Shown here one piece after another: positions 1 to 15,215 of a stretch of 59,449 bases of DNA. Position 1 is the stretch's first letter. Every line of letters starts with the position of its first letter. The notes beneath the pieces are model-generated. The model was not told where the DNA came from. It ran no database searches and saw nothing but the letters and a program-made list of their open reading frames with translations. The DNA lies in NCBI GenBank assembly GCA_963693365.1, contig CAVNZM010000010.1, positions 9,381,326 to 9,440,774 on the forward strand, read 5' to 3'. A program made the translations under genes and the position numbers. Source of the DNA: Amoebidium appalachense. Lineage: Eukaryota > Protista > Ichthyosporea.

Positions 1-2817
1 TTTTGATTGGTACGAGTGCCAGTGTTTAAAACGTATGATCTTCTGTGGTTCCCCAGCTAGGATTTGATCTACGTTTTTGTTGTGGTAGGTGCAAATGAGT
101 CCGTATGGTGTGCATTCCAAGTCCACTTCGAGCATCTTGTATGAATTCGCTTCGGGTTCGCTCTCAAGTGTGAGGTCAGGGGGGTAGCACTCATTATAGA
201 ACATACGTTTCAGGGGGCGTACCAAATCCTCGTGGTCTGTGATGGTGTCGGGAGTGAAGAACGCAATGTATGCATCATCCATGTATCGTGCCCCTACCGC
301 TACTATCCTGAGGAAAGTGATGTGGGTGCGTAGGCTTTTTATCAATGCATTTTCCCCGTGCGAGCATACTATGATAGCATTGGGTGCACTGGTGGGGGAA
401 CCCATAGGGATGCCGACAAATTGCTTTACGATCTGTGCTACACCTACCAGGAAGAAGGCATTTTCTAAGTCGAAGCGCACAATATCCCGGATCTGTACTA
501 GGCTTAAGCGAATGTACTGCTTGTTTGGGTGGGGGCCTACCTTGCCGTCAGCTTTTCTACCGATTGATACCGACACATATGCGTTATGAGAGAACTTTTG
601 TGCTGCTATGTCTAGTAACCACTCGATTGCAGCTAGGATGTCGCTGTGTTTTAAGTTGGTGAACATATTTTTCACGTCGACTGCTACTTGTGTGCATTTG
701 ACGGTTTCACCCGGGAACTGTTTGGAGAGGAGGTTGTTCGTCATGTGCACGAAGTCCCTAATATCATGCGTGCGGTTAATGGTGAAGGATTCGACGGAGC
801 ATGCAAGGAGTAGGGTGTTGAGAGCGCGTGCAGCAGCGCGTAGGTGGAGCTTAAGGGGGTGAGCGGTGTAGGAGACTATGGGACGGATTTTTTGGAGGTC
901 TTTGTTTTTGTGGAGGCAGTAAGAGGAGGGGAGGGATGCATTTTTCTGTATGCGAGCTACTTTCATCCATTCTTTGCGTGTGGGTTCATCGGGGCGGATG
1001 TAAGAGAAGAGGAGGTGTTGCGGTGTGAGGGAGGAGGGGAGGTAGTGATCGGGGTCGTGCAGGAAGGTGTTTGTGTATACTTCGTACGCGTGCTGGGGGC
1101 AAGCGATCACAAATTCATTGCCATTTTTATCGCATGGGCCGACTACGAGATTTTTAAGACGTGTTTTCGTGTATTGAAGGTGGGGGAGAGGGGGGAATTG
1201 GTTATCGTTGCTTAGGGATTGTGTTGTGATGCGGGTGGCAAGTGTGCGGGTTAGTTGGTAGCACGCAGGGAAGTGGGGAGGGTCACGGGAGTGTAGGATT
1301 TGGGTTGCAACGAACTCATGGCAGTCTCGTGCAAATTGGAGCAAATCTAAGCGTGCTTGTTCCGGTGTGGGCGGTGGTGTGTGTTGCGCACCGTATGCGA
1401 GGGTGTGTTGTATTTTTGGGTCGGGGAAAACTGCACCTTTGTATAGTATGTGCGGGTTGCTGTTACATGTGCATGCCGGTGGGTTGTTGGTGTCGAGGGT
1501 ACGGTGGAACTTTGTGTGTGTGTGTAGCATATCGGCAAGGGAGGGGCGAGCTGTTTCTATAATGCGGGTGCGGCGGGTGAGGAGGGCAAGGGTGCTGGGC
1601 GGGATGTTTGCATCTGTGAGGCAGGCCCGTAGCATGGCACGCAGGTCGGATTTGCTGATGCAGTGGGTGAAGGGGATTCGGAGCATATGGTGCAGAGGGT
1701 ATTGGTGTATGCGCTTATAGATCCAAGAGGTTTGTCGAAGCATGCGTGCTTGTGCTTTGGTGGGGTTGGGGAGATCGAGGAGGGTGAGGGTGACTGCACT
1801 AAGGTCGTCCAGAGGGAGTTGGAGGAGAATTCGGAAAGCAAGGCCTGGGGAGTGAGCGGCGGCTAGGCCTACGCGTGCGAGTAGAGGGAGTGTGGGTTGG
1901 GAGGAGGGGGAAGGGAGGTTGGGGGTTACGTGTAATGTGATAGTGTTAGAGTCCGGAGCTTTCTCGATTTGTACCGTGCAGTTGAGTAGCTGTAGGTGTT
2001 TTTGTAGGGCAAGGTGTGCATAGCGTTGGGAGGGTTGGAGCGTGCCTGGGGTGTATTGGAGGGATATGGAGGTAGGTTGGGGTGGGGTTGTGGTGATGTG
2101 GTGTTGAACGAAGGTGTGTAGTGAGAGGAAATGCATGCCACCGTAGGTGTATTGGGTAATGGGTGGTGGTGGTGGGGAGGGGTGTGGATGTTGTGGGCGT
2201 GGTGGGAGGGTGCGGTATCGGGGGGGTTCTCGTTTCCTTCTATGATTGGTTTCCCGTGATTGGTGTATGAGTGGGGGGTTTAGGATGCGCACGAGGGGTG
2301 GGGGTACGTGTTGCAGGTGGTTGAGAGGGGGGTGGAGTTGTTTTATGAGCAGGTGTTCTGCTTCCCGTAGATCCCATGGTTGTGCGGCGTATATAGGGAG
2401 GAAGAAGTATTTGTGTGTGCCTATACGCCAGATGTGTGCATATTTTGCCTCTGTTTTAGGGAGATGCCCTTTTCGTGCAGCAGCTATGTGTTGGTGTGCG
2501 CGGGTAAGCAGGGAGGTGGTTGAGCCGATGTAAAACTTGTTGTTTTCGAGGGAGAGTAGTGCATACACAACATTTGGGGTGGCATATGCTTGTTCTGTGC
2601 CGGCATGCGGGAAATTCCGTGCGAGTGCGTGTATGTGGCGTAGGTAGGCAGGGCATGATTCATTCAGGTATGCTAGGGCATCGTTTGCGGTACGTACGAG
2701 GGTAGGCCAATATAGGCGTTTGAAGGGGATAGGGGTATTCTGTGCAGAGCATTGCTCAAGTATGTGGAGCAGTGTGCGTGTGTGTGCTAACGCTGCTTGG
2801 CGTGCTGATGCGTCCAT
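1..2817 (-). CDS. GIY-YIG endonuclease - CxC linker - Penelope-type reverse transcriptase (3'-partial)
   Basis: Manual translation from ATG 2817 finds no stop to base 1. Motifs: VVYALLSLENNKFYIGSTTSLLTRAHQH...EAEHLLIKQLHPPLN (GIY-YIG), PPACTC (CxC, ~1465-1473), DKNGNEFVIAC, HKNKDLQKIRPIVS, DVKNMFTNL, KQFVGIPMGSPTSAP, RYMDD. Confidence 0.92.
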   Translation of the reverse strand, partial: MDASARQAALAHTRTLLHILEQCSAQNTPIPFKRLYWPTLVRTANDALAYLNESCPAYLRHIHALARNFPHAGTEQAYATPNVVYALLSLENNKFYIGSTTSLLTRAHQHIAAARKGHLPKTEAKYAHIWRIGTHKYFFLPIYAAQPWDLREAEHLLIKQLHPPLNHLQHVPPPLVRILNPPLIHQSRETNHRRKREPPRYRTLPPRPQHPHPSPPPPPITQYTYGGMHFLSLHTFVQHHITTTPPQPTSISLQYTPGTLQPSQRYAHLALQKHLQLLNCTVQIEKAPDSNTITLHVTPNLPSPSSQPTLPLLARVGLAAAHSPGLAFRILLQLPLDDLSAVTLTLLDLPNPTKAQARMLRQTSWIYKRIHQYPLHHMLRIPFTHCISKSDLRAMLRACLTDANIPPSTLALLTRRTRIIETARPSLADMLHTHTKFHRTLDTNNPPACTCNSNPHILYKGAVFPDPKIQHTLAYGAQHTPPPTPEQARLDLLQFARDCHEFVATQILHSRDPPHFPACYQLTRTLATRITTQSLSNDNQFPPLPHLQYTKTRLKNLVVGPCDKNGNEFVIACPQHAYEVYTNTFLHDPDHYLPSSLTPQHLLFSYIRPDEPTRKEWMKVARIQKNASLPSSYCLHKNKDLQKIRPIVSYTAHPLKLHLRAAARALNTLLLACSVESFTINRTHDIRDFVHMTNNLLSKQFPGETVKCTQVAVDVKNMFTNLKHSDILAAIEWLLDIAAQKFSHNAYVSVSIGRKADGKVGPHPNKQYIRLSLVQIRDIVRFDLENAFFLVGVAQIVKQFVGIPMGSPTSAPNAIIVCSHGENALIKSLRTHITFLRIVAVGARYMDDAYIAFFTPDTITDHEDLVRPLKRMFYNECYPPDLTLESEPEANSYKMLEVDLECTPYGLICTYHNKNVDQILAGEPQKIIRFKHWHSYQSK

Positions 2818-2893
2818 GGTGCACCGTCTGAGCTATGTAGGCTGTAGGGTTCGGTTTGTGTGTGTGCGTGGCTGTGTGCATGTGTGTGTGTAT

Positions 2894-2937
<44 letters not shown>

Positions 2938-3049
2938 AAACAAGAGAATTTTTGGTATGAGTGTACTCTGTTGTTTGGGAGGTAGGGTAGCCGGTACCCA
3001 CCTGTGAGTAGTTCCTAGCCAGTCCTAGCCAGCTCCAGTGCGGTCGGGC

Positions 3050-4087
3050 TCACTTGTCCAGTGCTTTAGCTATAGCCTCAATGTTGGGGCCCTGGTTCTT
3101 TCTAGTTTTCACCCCGTATGCTGCTCCAATGCTAGTCTGCCTATCCTCTCTGAGTGCCTTAGTGTATGCGGCTACGAGAAAATCTTTTCCTTTCCCTTTC
3201 CAGTAAGCTACGTCACGCTTGTTGGGGGTATCAGGTGGATTATTCAACGTCCCGACTTCACCTACGGGGGCCACCAGTGCTTGGGGTGGTGGGGACTGGT
3301 GGGGCAAGGGATGGTTTCTTCTGTGCTGGGGGTTCAGGGAGTGGGGAGGGGGAGGACGCTTCTGGGAATCAGCTGGAGGGGGGTAGGGGGAGGGGAGGAG
3401 GAGGAGGGGGGCGTAGTGGTAGGGTGGGTAGTAGTAGGGGTAGGGGGTGGGGGGTGGGGTGGTTGTAGGTGCGGTGGTGGTGGGTGCAGTGTGTGTATTT
3501 GTGGGTGTTGTGTTGGTGGTGGGTGTGGTGTTGTGCCTGGTTATGTTTCCTAGTTGTTCTTTCAGAAAGGCTATATCCTCCGATAGTTTTTCGAACTTTT
3601 CCGTGGTCTTGCTGTGTCCCAAAACTTCCACTGCACTCTCCTTTGCCGCTCCTTGGATACCTATGACTTTTTGTATACTGGCGTTGACGATAGTTTGCAG
3701 CTCCTCTTGCCGTTTCTTTTCTTCCGCTTCCTTTTTCCGTTTTTCCTCCTCTATACGCCGTTTGTTGTCTTCCTTTTCCTTTTCGAGCTGGTTAAAGGCG
3801 TTTCGGATAAAACCGAGTGGGTCGGGGGTTTGGTGTAGGTCCGTACCGGGTGGTGGGGTGGGTTGAGGTTGGAGTTGGTTGGGTTGCGGGTTAAAGATCG
3901 GTTGTTGGGGGAAAGGGGTGGGTGGTGGAGGTAGAAGGGCCGGAGGCCCTACCGGGGGTTGTGCGTGGTTGCCGTAGGTGCCGTAGGTGCCGTAGCCGTT
4001 CGGGTTGAGACCGGGAAGTGGTGGTTGGGGTACTGGTGGGCGGGGGTAGTTGTTGGGGAAGTTGGGGTTGGCGTGCCAGTGTGCCAT
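3050..4087 (-). CDS. Pro/Gln-rich coiled-coil protein, putative ORF1 of the PLE
   Basis: 345-aa ATG-initiated ORF with a charged coiled-coil block (EKEKEDNKRRIEEEKRKKEAEEKKRQEEL). It ends ~230 bp upstream of the EN-RT ATG on the same strand. Confidence 0.65.
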   Translation of the reverse strand: MAHWHANPNFPNNYPRPPVPQPPLPGLNPNGYGTYGTYGNHAQPPVGPPALLPPPPTPFPQQPIFNPQPNQLQPQPTPPPGTDLHQTPDPLGFIRNAFNQLEKEKEDNKRRIEEEKRKKEAEEKKRQEELQTIVNASIQKVIGIQGAAKESAVEVLGHSKTTEKFEKLSEDIAFLKEQLGNITRHNTTPTTNTTPTNTHTAPTTTAPTTTPPPTPYPYYYPPYHYAPLLLLPSPYPPPADSQKRPPPPHSLNPQHRRNHPLPHQSPPPQALVAPVGEVGTLNNPPDTPNKRDVAYWKGKGKDFLVAAYTKALREDRQTSIGAAYGVKTRKNQGPNIEAIAKALDK

Positions 4088-4488
4088 TCCGTGGCTCCGA
4101 AGTGTTGGTGTGCGTATATGTGTGACGTCGTGTGGTTTATATATAGGCTTAGTTCACTTGTGTGCGGTTACGTGTGGGGCGGGTTTATCTTAGGGTGTGT
4201 GGAGTACGCTAAGGTAAGTTTGGATAGTGGTATGCTCGTTTGTTGTGTGGGGTGTGTGTTTTTGTTTTGTAAGGTGGTGTGGTACAAGTATAGAGAAACG
4301 AAAACGAAGAGGGGAGGAACGAAACGGACACGAAACACGAAACATAAAACACGAAACACGAAACAACGAAACATCCCTAACGCGCCGAAGCTGCTTCAGT
4401 CCGGCATTAGGTGAAAAATGACAGGTGGTGTATTTTGTATTGTATTCACTGTATTTTCGTATACTTATGTGTGTGTCGGTGTGTGTAG

Positions 4489-4749
4489 GTGTACAAAAGC
4501 AGACCGTGTAAACCAGCTATGCTATAAGGTGCTCAGCCAACAGTAGTTACACCAAAGAGGGGTGAGGCCTGGGGAGGCCGTCACCACACCCCCCTATCTA
4601 CTGTGTGGTCTAGAATGGATCTAGTGGACTAGCGCCAAAGTCCCTGCCCCAGGCGTCCTTATAGCAAAGCGTGCTGGTGTTGCCGGTGTATGGCATGTGT
4701 GCTAACCCCCTAAGCACAGACGAGAAACTTTACGGGAACTGCTGTACAC
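4489..4749. ncRNA. candidate structured RNA (nested multi-stem fold with possible pseudoknot)
   Basis: At least 9 complementary segment pairs seen by eye, e.g. TGCTATAAGG 4520-4529/CCTTATAGCA 4657-4666, ACAGTAG 4540-4546/CTACTGT 4598-4604, GTGTACA 4489-4495/TGTACAC 4743-4749. Confidence 0.55.
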
Positions 4750-5199
4750 TGCAAAGAAGTTGTGTGTGTGTGTGGTGTGGTGAGGTCGGGATACAGTTTT
4801 TTCAATAGCGGGCTATCAGGTCAAGATCTATTCCTATTGGTCGAAAGTTAAATGTGGATATATGGGTGTATTTCTGATATCTCATTGGTGACTAACACTA
4901 TGCATTTATCCAATCCGATAATAGCAATTGTTCAACCGTGTTCATCTATGGTACGTGGGTTCATTTTACATTAGGAACTATCTAATAACGTAAAACATCA
5001 ACAAATAATAAATTATAAGAATACTATTGAATCAGAAACCGAACTAGTTTAGGGATGAATCAACATTTTACATGCAACCAAAATTCAAATTATATCTACA
5101 AGTTAAATTTTGAGATACGTACATACCCTTTCCCTAGTCATGTTTATGTCCTACTAATATGGATGTGATATGGGTAGGATATGATCTACATAATGTCAG

Positions 5200-6038
5200 T
5201 ATATGTCCACCCTAATACCACGGTATTAGCAATGTACTGCGCATACAAGGACTACACTCCGAACATGTTTGTTGAACATGTGTTGGCAATACATTCACAA
5301 TATTGCAACTACATAGGTAAAGTGACCTGTTCTTTCATCCCCAATATTGTACCAATATATTGGCAATAAAATACACGCCCCATATTTTCGGTTGCTTTTA
5401 CCTATTGATTTGAATAGGTGCATAATAGTCTTGATATTGTGACGGATACATTGGCAATACATTTGGACCGTATTGAGACCCTATTATAAGCATATCACAA
5501 CCCTATAACCAATAGCGACGTTATGTTTGTATCGGCCATATGGGACATATGTGTTGGGTATATTGCCAATAACCCAAAATGGTCAGGAATAATACATTCA
5601 TAATATATTGGCAATAGTCTTGCCACGTTGGACAATACCATAATTTGACACAAAATTATCCTACATTTTATATATTCATAACTTATTGACAATACTCCGC
5701 AAGCAATAGTATAATACCGAATAAATACATTGACAATATCGAAATTGTATTGTTAATAGGCACACGTACACGCGTTTTGAGATATTGCCAGTACATTACT
5801 CATACGGTATATAGTTATTGGTGGTAGACCCGGCATGGTATGACAATAATATCAAAATATGTTGCCGATATTACGTCAATATTACAGTTCTATTACACTT
5901 CTATAGCGTCTCTACCACAGAAAATCTCTACTCGCAATACATTGGCAATGGATAATTGATATTACTTCAGTATTAATCTGGTATTTTTACGATATTGGCA
6001 ATAGATAATAGCCTCACAATATTGGCAATACCGCCGGG
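5200..6038. repeat. AT-rich tract with many degenerate ATATTG/GGCAATA motifs in both orientations (possible DNA transposon/MITE remnant)
   Basis: Recurrent TATTGGCAATA-like words; imperfect inverted ends CCCGGC..GGTAT at 5829 and ATACCGCCGGG ending 6038. Confidence 0.35.
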
Positions 6039-6051
6039 AAGTTTGCTGATG

Positions 6052-11271
<5,220 letters not shown>

Positions 11272-12261
11272 CACCCGCGTTTCGTCATCAGAGACCTAAA
11301 GAATGGTTCCGTCACAAAGACCTCAGATGCCATTGCGAGCTACTTCATCTGGCCATCGTATTTGCAAAGGTTGCTTATGCTAGCAAGAACTGTAGGTGGA
11401 TGTTTGGACTGAAGGAGGGGCCTTGGCATACAGATGCCAACGGGAATTCCTCCCTATAAGCCATCTGTGTGCTTTTCCTATCTCCAGCATATGACGTAAG
11501 GTCGAGAACGTCCTGGACATCAATAGCCGTGCTTGAATGTCTCCAAGTAAGTGAAGGTCAAAGCCATGCCTAATGTGATTGTACTCTTCCACGGGTATGG
11601 TTAACACGTGACTGAAAGGACAGCGAAAAGAAGTGGCACATCATGCAGGTGCTGTGGGGGTGCAAGTCGTAAACATACACAAAACGCATTTATTCTCACA
11701 TAAGGATTTACTGTACTGGCAAGACTTTCTCTGTCACAGTGGCAGTGTGCAAGGAGTTCACTGGTTTAAAGCAACCTACGTTCCAGCTGTATTGACAATG
11801 TGCACCCTTGTACATTTTGACAGCTAGCCATGCAAACCAGCCCAAACAAAATCCTCCTCTAGGTCATCTTGCAGAAGGCCACCTGTGCCATCGGAAAGGA
11901 AAACAGCACCAGCATGCATGAAAAAAAAAAAAAAATGCTAGCCATCCAATCCTGCAGCCCAAACGAGCCAATAGAAAGAAGCTGGTCAGGCAGTGAAACG
12001 TTATTAGAGGCGAGGTATCTAGCTGTGAAACAATCTGACAGGTACGTCGGAACTGCGAGCACGTGCACAAGGTACCCACAACCAGTCACAGCGTGTCTCT
12101 GACAAGAGCCCCGAGCACCGAAAGGGCACAGTAACCAACAGGGACTTGAGCACAACCAACATCTCGATCACTGTATGGGTAGACACCATCACCAGGCCCT
12201 GCCAGTCCACCTCAACACCCCCCATGCATCCCTATTCACCACGCTACCTATTGCTCAACCG

Positions 12262-13073
12262 CTAGACATCCTTCGGCACGACGTCGTCAACAAGTTGCTG
12301 GTTGATCCCTGCAGCTCGGCAAGCGCATTCAAAGCTGATGCGTTGCTCTTCAGTGTGAAACACGCCGTCGGGATCGGGAATTGCTAAAACTTCAAGGAAC
12401 TGGTGATGGTGCATGGACGAAAACGCCATAAGGTTCTTGAAAGCGCTGATGACAATCTTGCGTCTCTCTTCGGTAGGGATAGCTTTGGCAACCTCGCCCA
12501 GAAATTCCCGACTACGGGCGAAGTCGGTTAGTGCCTCGGTTGTTGTAATTTTTTTTGCGCTGCAGATTCTCCCTGGGTTGTCCGCATTCTCGCCCTCTGT
12601 TCATCAGCAATGACCTCGAGCACAAAACGCACCGAGAGCTTCTGTTCTTGCAACTTGGAGTTTCTCAGCTGGTTCTCGAGGGTGTTGACTCTGTCCTTCG
12701 CAGCCCCAACTTCATCCTTCGCAGCCACAACTTCATCCTTCGCAGCCACAACTTCATCCTTCGCAGCCACTGTAATAGCCACAACTTCAGCCTTCGCAGC
12801 CACAACTTCAGCCTTCGCAGCCACTGTAATAGCCACAACTTCAGCCTTCGCAGCCAACGCCTGGCTAAGAGCTGCGTCCTTCCCAGCCAACGCCTGGCTA
12901 ACAGCTGCGTCCTTCTCGAAATACAACCGCCGCCAGAACTCAACTGATGAAGGATCAAAGGTAGTCAGGGTACTAAGGGCACGTGTGCGCCATGAGGCCA
13001 CACTCACACTACTGATCGTGCATGCGGCGTGGCGCAAAAGAATGCGCGGTCGCATAAGCAAGGAGACAGCCAT
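12262..13073 (-). pseudogene. heptad-repeat coiled-coil protein of unknown family (frameshift in T-run ~12550)
   Basis: KDAAVSQALA and AAKDEVV repeats; C-terminus reconstructed from the second copy (58211-59081). Confidence 0.6.
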
Positions 13074-13344
13074 ACTTCCAAAGATGTAGTTAGTGCTTTG
13101 AAACGACTACCGTCGATCAGTTACACACTACTGTGCAATGGGCGGGTCAACGTTAGCACTAAATGTGGCTGCGTCATCGGATTCGAGGCAATCCGATCTT
13201 ATTACCAATAAAAGCCGATGCGATCGCGGTTGTCAAATCAAGAAGTCCCAATCCCGTAATTTTGGACTGCTCCCCCTAGTTGAACAGTTTGGGGGGACTG
13301 GTGTAAGGGTTTTTCGGGTTGGGCCGAAAGCCCTATTGGGCCGC

Positions 13345-13590
13345 CAGGCCCGGGGGCCCCGGGGACCGGGGGCCCCCCCACCCAGGGAGGCCCGGGGGCC
13401 CCGGGGACCGGGGGGCCCCCCACCCACGGAGGCCCGGGGGGCCACGGGGGCCCAGCGTTAGTTTACCGGGGGGCCACGGGGGCCCGGCGTTAGTTTACCA
13501 GGGGGCCACGGGGGCCTGGCGTTAGTTTACCGGGGGGGCCACGGGGGCCCGGCGTTCAAGTTAGTTTACTACTAACGCCGGGCCCCCGTG
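13345..13590. repeat. GC-rich tandem repeats (~35-bp x2 and ~32-bp x4) ending in an inverted unit
   Basis: GGGGGCCACGGGGGCCCGGCGTTAGTTTACC units followed by ACTAACGCCGGGCCCCCGTG. Confidence 0.9.
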
Positions 13591-14368
13591 CTTTTGACGG
13601 CAGGCACCAGCCTGGCCACCACCTCTGCGTCCATGCCACTCACTAACCCTACCATTTTCACCAGTAGGAAGGGGTACCCCACAAAGTTCTTCCTTGCCTC
13701 GTCCTTGTACCGGCGGTGCCACGACAAGGAAAACTTAAACATGCCCGTCAGCAACTCCAACTGCTCGCACGTGAACCTAGGGAGGGGATGCCCGTACACT
13801 GTCTGTTCATGATATAAGGTACGTGCACGTAGTGCCGTGTGAGCTTGTTCTGCCTCAACACCCTCCTTGCCTGGTCTGCACTCTCTCTGTGTTGCACGCC
13901 CCTGAATGCTGCCACCACCCCCTCCTGCATGTCCCCCATAGACGCATTCAGCCCTTGCACCGACTGCAGCAGCTGCTTGAAGTGGTTAATGTGCCTGTAC
14001 GGCTGAGACCTCTTTCTGTCCCAGAAGGCCGTGCATCCCTCGTACGTCTTCCTCCCCTCACCGTCACTCCCCTCCCACCCCCTCCCGTCGTACACCCAGT
14101 CCTCCTCCTCCTCCTCCCCCTCCCCCCTCCCTCCCCCCTCCTCGTACACGTACTCCTGGTCCCCTCCGTCGTGCTCGTATTCGTCGTGTTCCCCCGTGCA
14201 CGTCTCCCTCTCCTTGCAGGATGCCCACCAACATGCACACGGTGGCTGTGGTTTTGGTTGTGTGGTGGTGGTGTTGCAGTACATGTCATAGAGGAAGGGG
14301 CACAAGTCTAGCAGCTTCTCAGGGTCTGTGGTGTCGGCCACCATACTTAGCAGTGTGTCCTCGTCCAT
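13572..14368 (-). pseudogene. VLTF3-like (poxvirus A2-type) viral late transcription factor, frameshifted near 13800
   Basis: PYRHINHFKQLLQSVQG ... VLRQNKLTRHYVHVPYIMNR / YGHPLPRF...LTGMF...RKNFVGYPFLLVKM...VPAVKS match the recalled VLTF3 pattern Y-x-R-x-NHF...QG...L-x-x-YYEH-x-PYI...RKNFLSY-x-YVL-x-K...PLLKS. Confidence 0.8.
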
Positions 14369-14375
14369 TTTAATT

Positions 14376-14383
14376 TCAATTTT
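14376..14383 (-). promoter_or_regulatory. AAAATTGA motif (Mimivirus early-promoter consensus) just upstream of the VLTF3-like ATG
   Basis: Minus strand reads AAAAAATTGAAATTAAAATG, an AT island in GC-rich DNA. Confidence 0.5.
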
Positions 14384-14831
14384 TTACGTGTGTGTGTGTG
14401 TGTGTGTGTGTGTGGTCTACGGGTGTTGCAAAAAGTGAAGTGTTTGTGTACATGTGTGTGCGCCTTTTATATGTTTTGGTGCCTGCTCTTTCTGGCAAGC
14501 CTCCCACCCTTGTATGCATGTACGGTGGTGGTGTTGGTGTTGTTTCTACCTGTGCCTGCATGTGGTGGTCTGCTGAACGACACGTTTGTGTTTGTGTTTG
14601 CATTAAGTCCTGATTTTAATGGCTGTTGCCCCTCGTGCACACGGTGCACATGGTGTATACCTAAAAACACACTCTTTTTCTTTAAGTTCTTCTTCTGACC
14701 CCCCTGCCCGTGCACATGGTACCCCATTTTTCTATCTTTCAAAGCTAAGTTAACAGACACGTCATATAATTTTCAAATTTACTCTAATGTAACTTCAGGT
14801 GCTTAGACTACGTATGGTCCGCATGCTCTAA

Positions 14832-15215
14832 CTAACCCCCTCCCCTAATCAAAACTGCAGCCACAGTGCCCTCCGGTGCAGCCCACCCAATGGGATAGCT
14901 GCGTACAATACCGTCTGCCGCCTCAAACACCCCCCTCTTGTCGAAGGCACCCGACTGTGTCTTGCGCTGGTCCTTGCTGGCCAGGTGGTAGTTGTGGGGG
15001 ACCCCGGGCACGGGTTCACGGAGCAGCCGGTGGTTGGTGACGCTCACACTCGGCAGCTCGCCGTGCACCAGCCTACAGAGGTTGGGCATGTTGACGGTGT
15101 CGGCTGCACGGCGGGAGAGGGTGATGCCCTTGACCTTGACGTCGGTCTTGCCGTCCGGGGTGCGGTAGGCATACGTCTTGGGGGCCACCCCCACGAACTC
15201 GACGATGGGGGTGGT
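14832..15215 (-). pseudogene. protein-primed family B DNA polymerase, C-terminal fragment
   Basis: PIVEFVGVAPKTYAY (KxY motif), KVKGITL, FDKR; rejoins the 35294-37810 part when the Gypsy element and one GTGGT copy are removed. Confidence 0.9.

Larger units (their letters stand above)
1..4760 (-). mobile_element. Penelope-like retroelement with N-terminal endonuclease (Naiad/Chlamys-type); 3' end outside window
   Basis: EN-CxC-RT ORF at 1-2817 plus a co-oriented upstream ORF. The right boundary is estimated at a short (GT)n tract near 4760, where the sequence turns AT-rich. Confidence 0.8.
11895..14911. repeat. segment present as an inverted copy at 56383-59449
   Basis: Reverse-complement match including the coiled-coil gene, GC repeats, VLTF3-like gene and pPolB 3' end. 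Confidence 0.93.

Noticed and set aside
13126-13140. CACTACTGTG as a CACTA transposon terminus for the pPolB element
   Set aside because: No partner end, TSD or transposase in the window; it lies in what looks like the CCAAT-containing promoter of the coiled-coil gene.
13345-13590. CRISPR-like array
   Set aside because: Units are head-to-tail with no unique spacers; no cas genes; eukaryotic context.
14467-14760. Small ORF between pPolB and the VLTF3-like gene
   Set aside because: Frame not conserved in the second copy; only faint zinc-finger-like words.
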